Shown here: positions 63,055 to 64,000 of the stretch, in pieces
How positions within the stretch are numbered: position 1 is the first letter of the stretch
Layout: the number at the start of each line of letters is the position of its first letter
Assembly: GCA_024704765.1 (NCBI GenBank)
Contig: JAKMXF010000177.1
Coordinates: 558,001-622,000 of the forward strand
Direction: 5' to 3'
DNA from: Oopsacas minuta
Lineage: Eukaryota; Animalia; Porifera
DNA length: 64,000 nucleotides
Program-made: the position numbers and the translations under genes
The notes under the pieces: model-generated
The model's input: the letters and a program-made list of their open reading frames with translations, nothing else
What the model was told of the DNA's origin: nothing
Database searches by the model: none

Positions 63055-64000
63055 AGAAATAGTATGACCTAAAATTCTAAATAACTACAAAGAACTATTA
63101 GTGGGTTTGTCACTGGAAAATTGGACCTACCTACTCCGTGGCATAACAACCGGGGCAATGGGAAACGTGCCCCTAGCGGCACTCTTTTAGGACCGCATTT
63201 TGACATTTCGTCCCACACACATGTTAATATATATCCGTTTCAATCATAGTTACAATATTGTACATGCATTTTTTCAAGGACTTGATACCAGTTGCCAATG
63301 ATACAGTAATATTTTTAAATAATGAGAGTAATGTTTCTATAAGATATGTACTCCAATCATCTAAAGCTAATGGTCGGCTGAGCCAAACGCGCAGTTGTCA
63401 AGTCTCACTTCAACTTTTGCATTCTCACTTTGAAATTTAATGTTATAATCGTGATTAAACAAGAAAAGAACAGTATTAGGTCATTATCGTAAAATCGTAT
63501 TTCTAATAGGTATTTTAATTTCTTTAAAAAACTAGCAAAAATAAAAATAATCTTAACGATATCACGGAAAGAAATAGTCATAAGTTGACAACTATGTACT
63601 AACTTCAACACACAGATTAGGTTAACAGGCAGTGGTGTTTTGTTGAAAAACGAAGTATAGGCGCTCCAGATTCAAGCAAATCCTAACATCCGAGATGCTT
63701 TGTGAAAACTGACACCTAGACATGAACAAAATTTCGTGCCCTCTAGGTGAAAAATCCTGGCGAAGTCTCTGGCCGCAGCACGAGCAAGCGAACCGCACTC
63801 GTAGACATAAAAGTGAAAATTATAATTATATACGTAATAAATAACTTACATAAGTGATATAATTGTTGTACAATTATGCCTAATTATAGGTATTCTCTTC
63901 ACAGAGAAACTCCTTACTCTCATATTTATGGTTGAATAATATGAAATCATTACGGAATATTTCATACAACCTCCTCCGTATATTCAGTGGAATTTCACTG

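Overview
AT-rich eukaryotic (metazoan) genomic DNA with GT-AG introns and no prokaryotic, rRNA, tRNA or CRISPR features. The short ~60-bp introns, intronless housekeeping genes, NHL-propeller genes and sponge-type RTK suggest a sponge, perhaps a glass sponge; this is inference. About 39 kb (2424-41634, +) is one RNF213/mysterin-like gene. I reconstruct it by hand as 23 exons and ~5230 codons: one 10.75-kb first exon carrying three 1-bp homopolymer deletions, then 22 phase-consistent small exons. It keeps both active AAA+ modules and an intact RZ finger but has no RING domain. Its introns hold nested transposons: a THAP/P-like element with unusual TGT...ACA ends, a hAT inside it, a foldback sister element, a DD41D mariner and many MITEs. 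Downstream are intronless signalling or immunity-type genes (Tyr-rich receptor tyrosine kinase, CARD-like tail-anchored protein with MAVS-like layout, myristoylated beta-propeller, P-loop GTPase, NHL pseudogene), then SF3B6 and SASS6.
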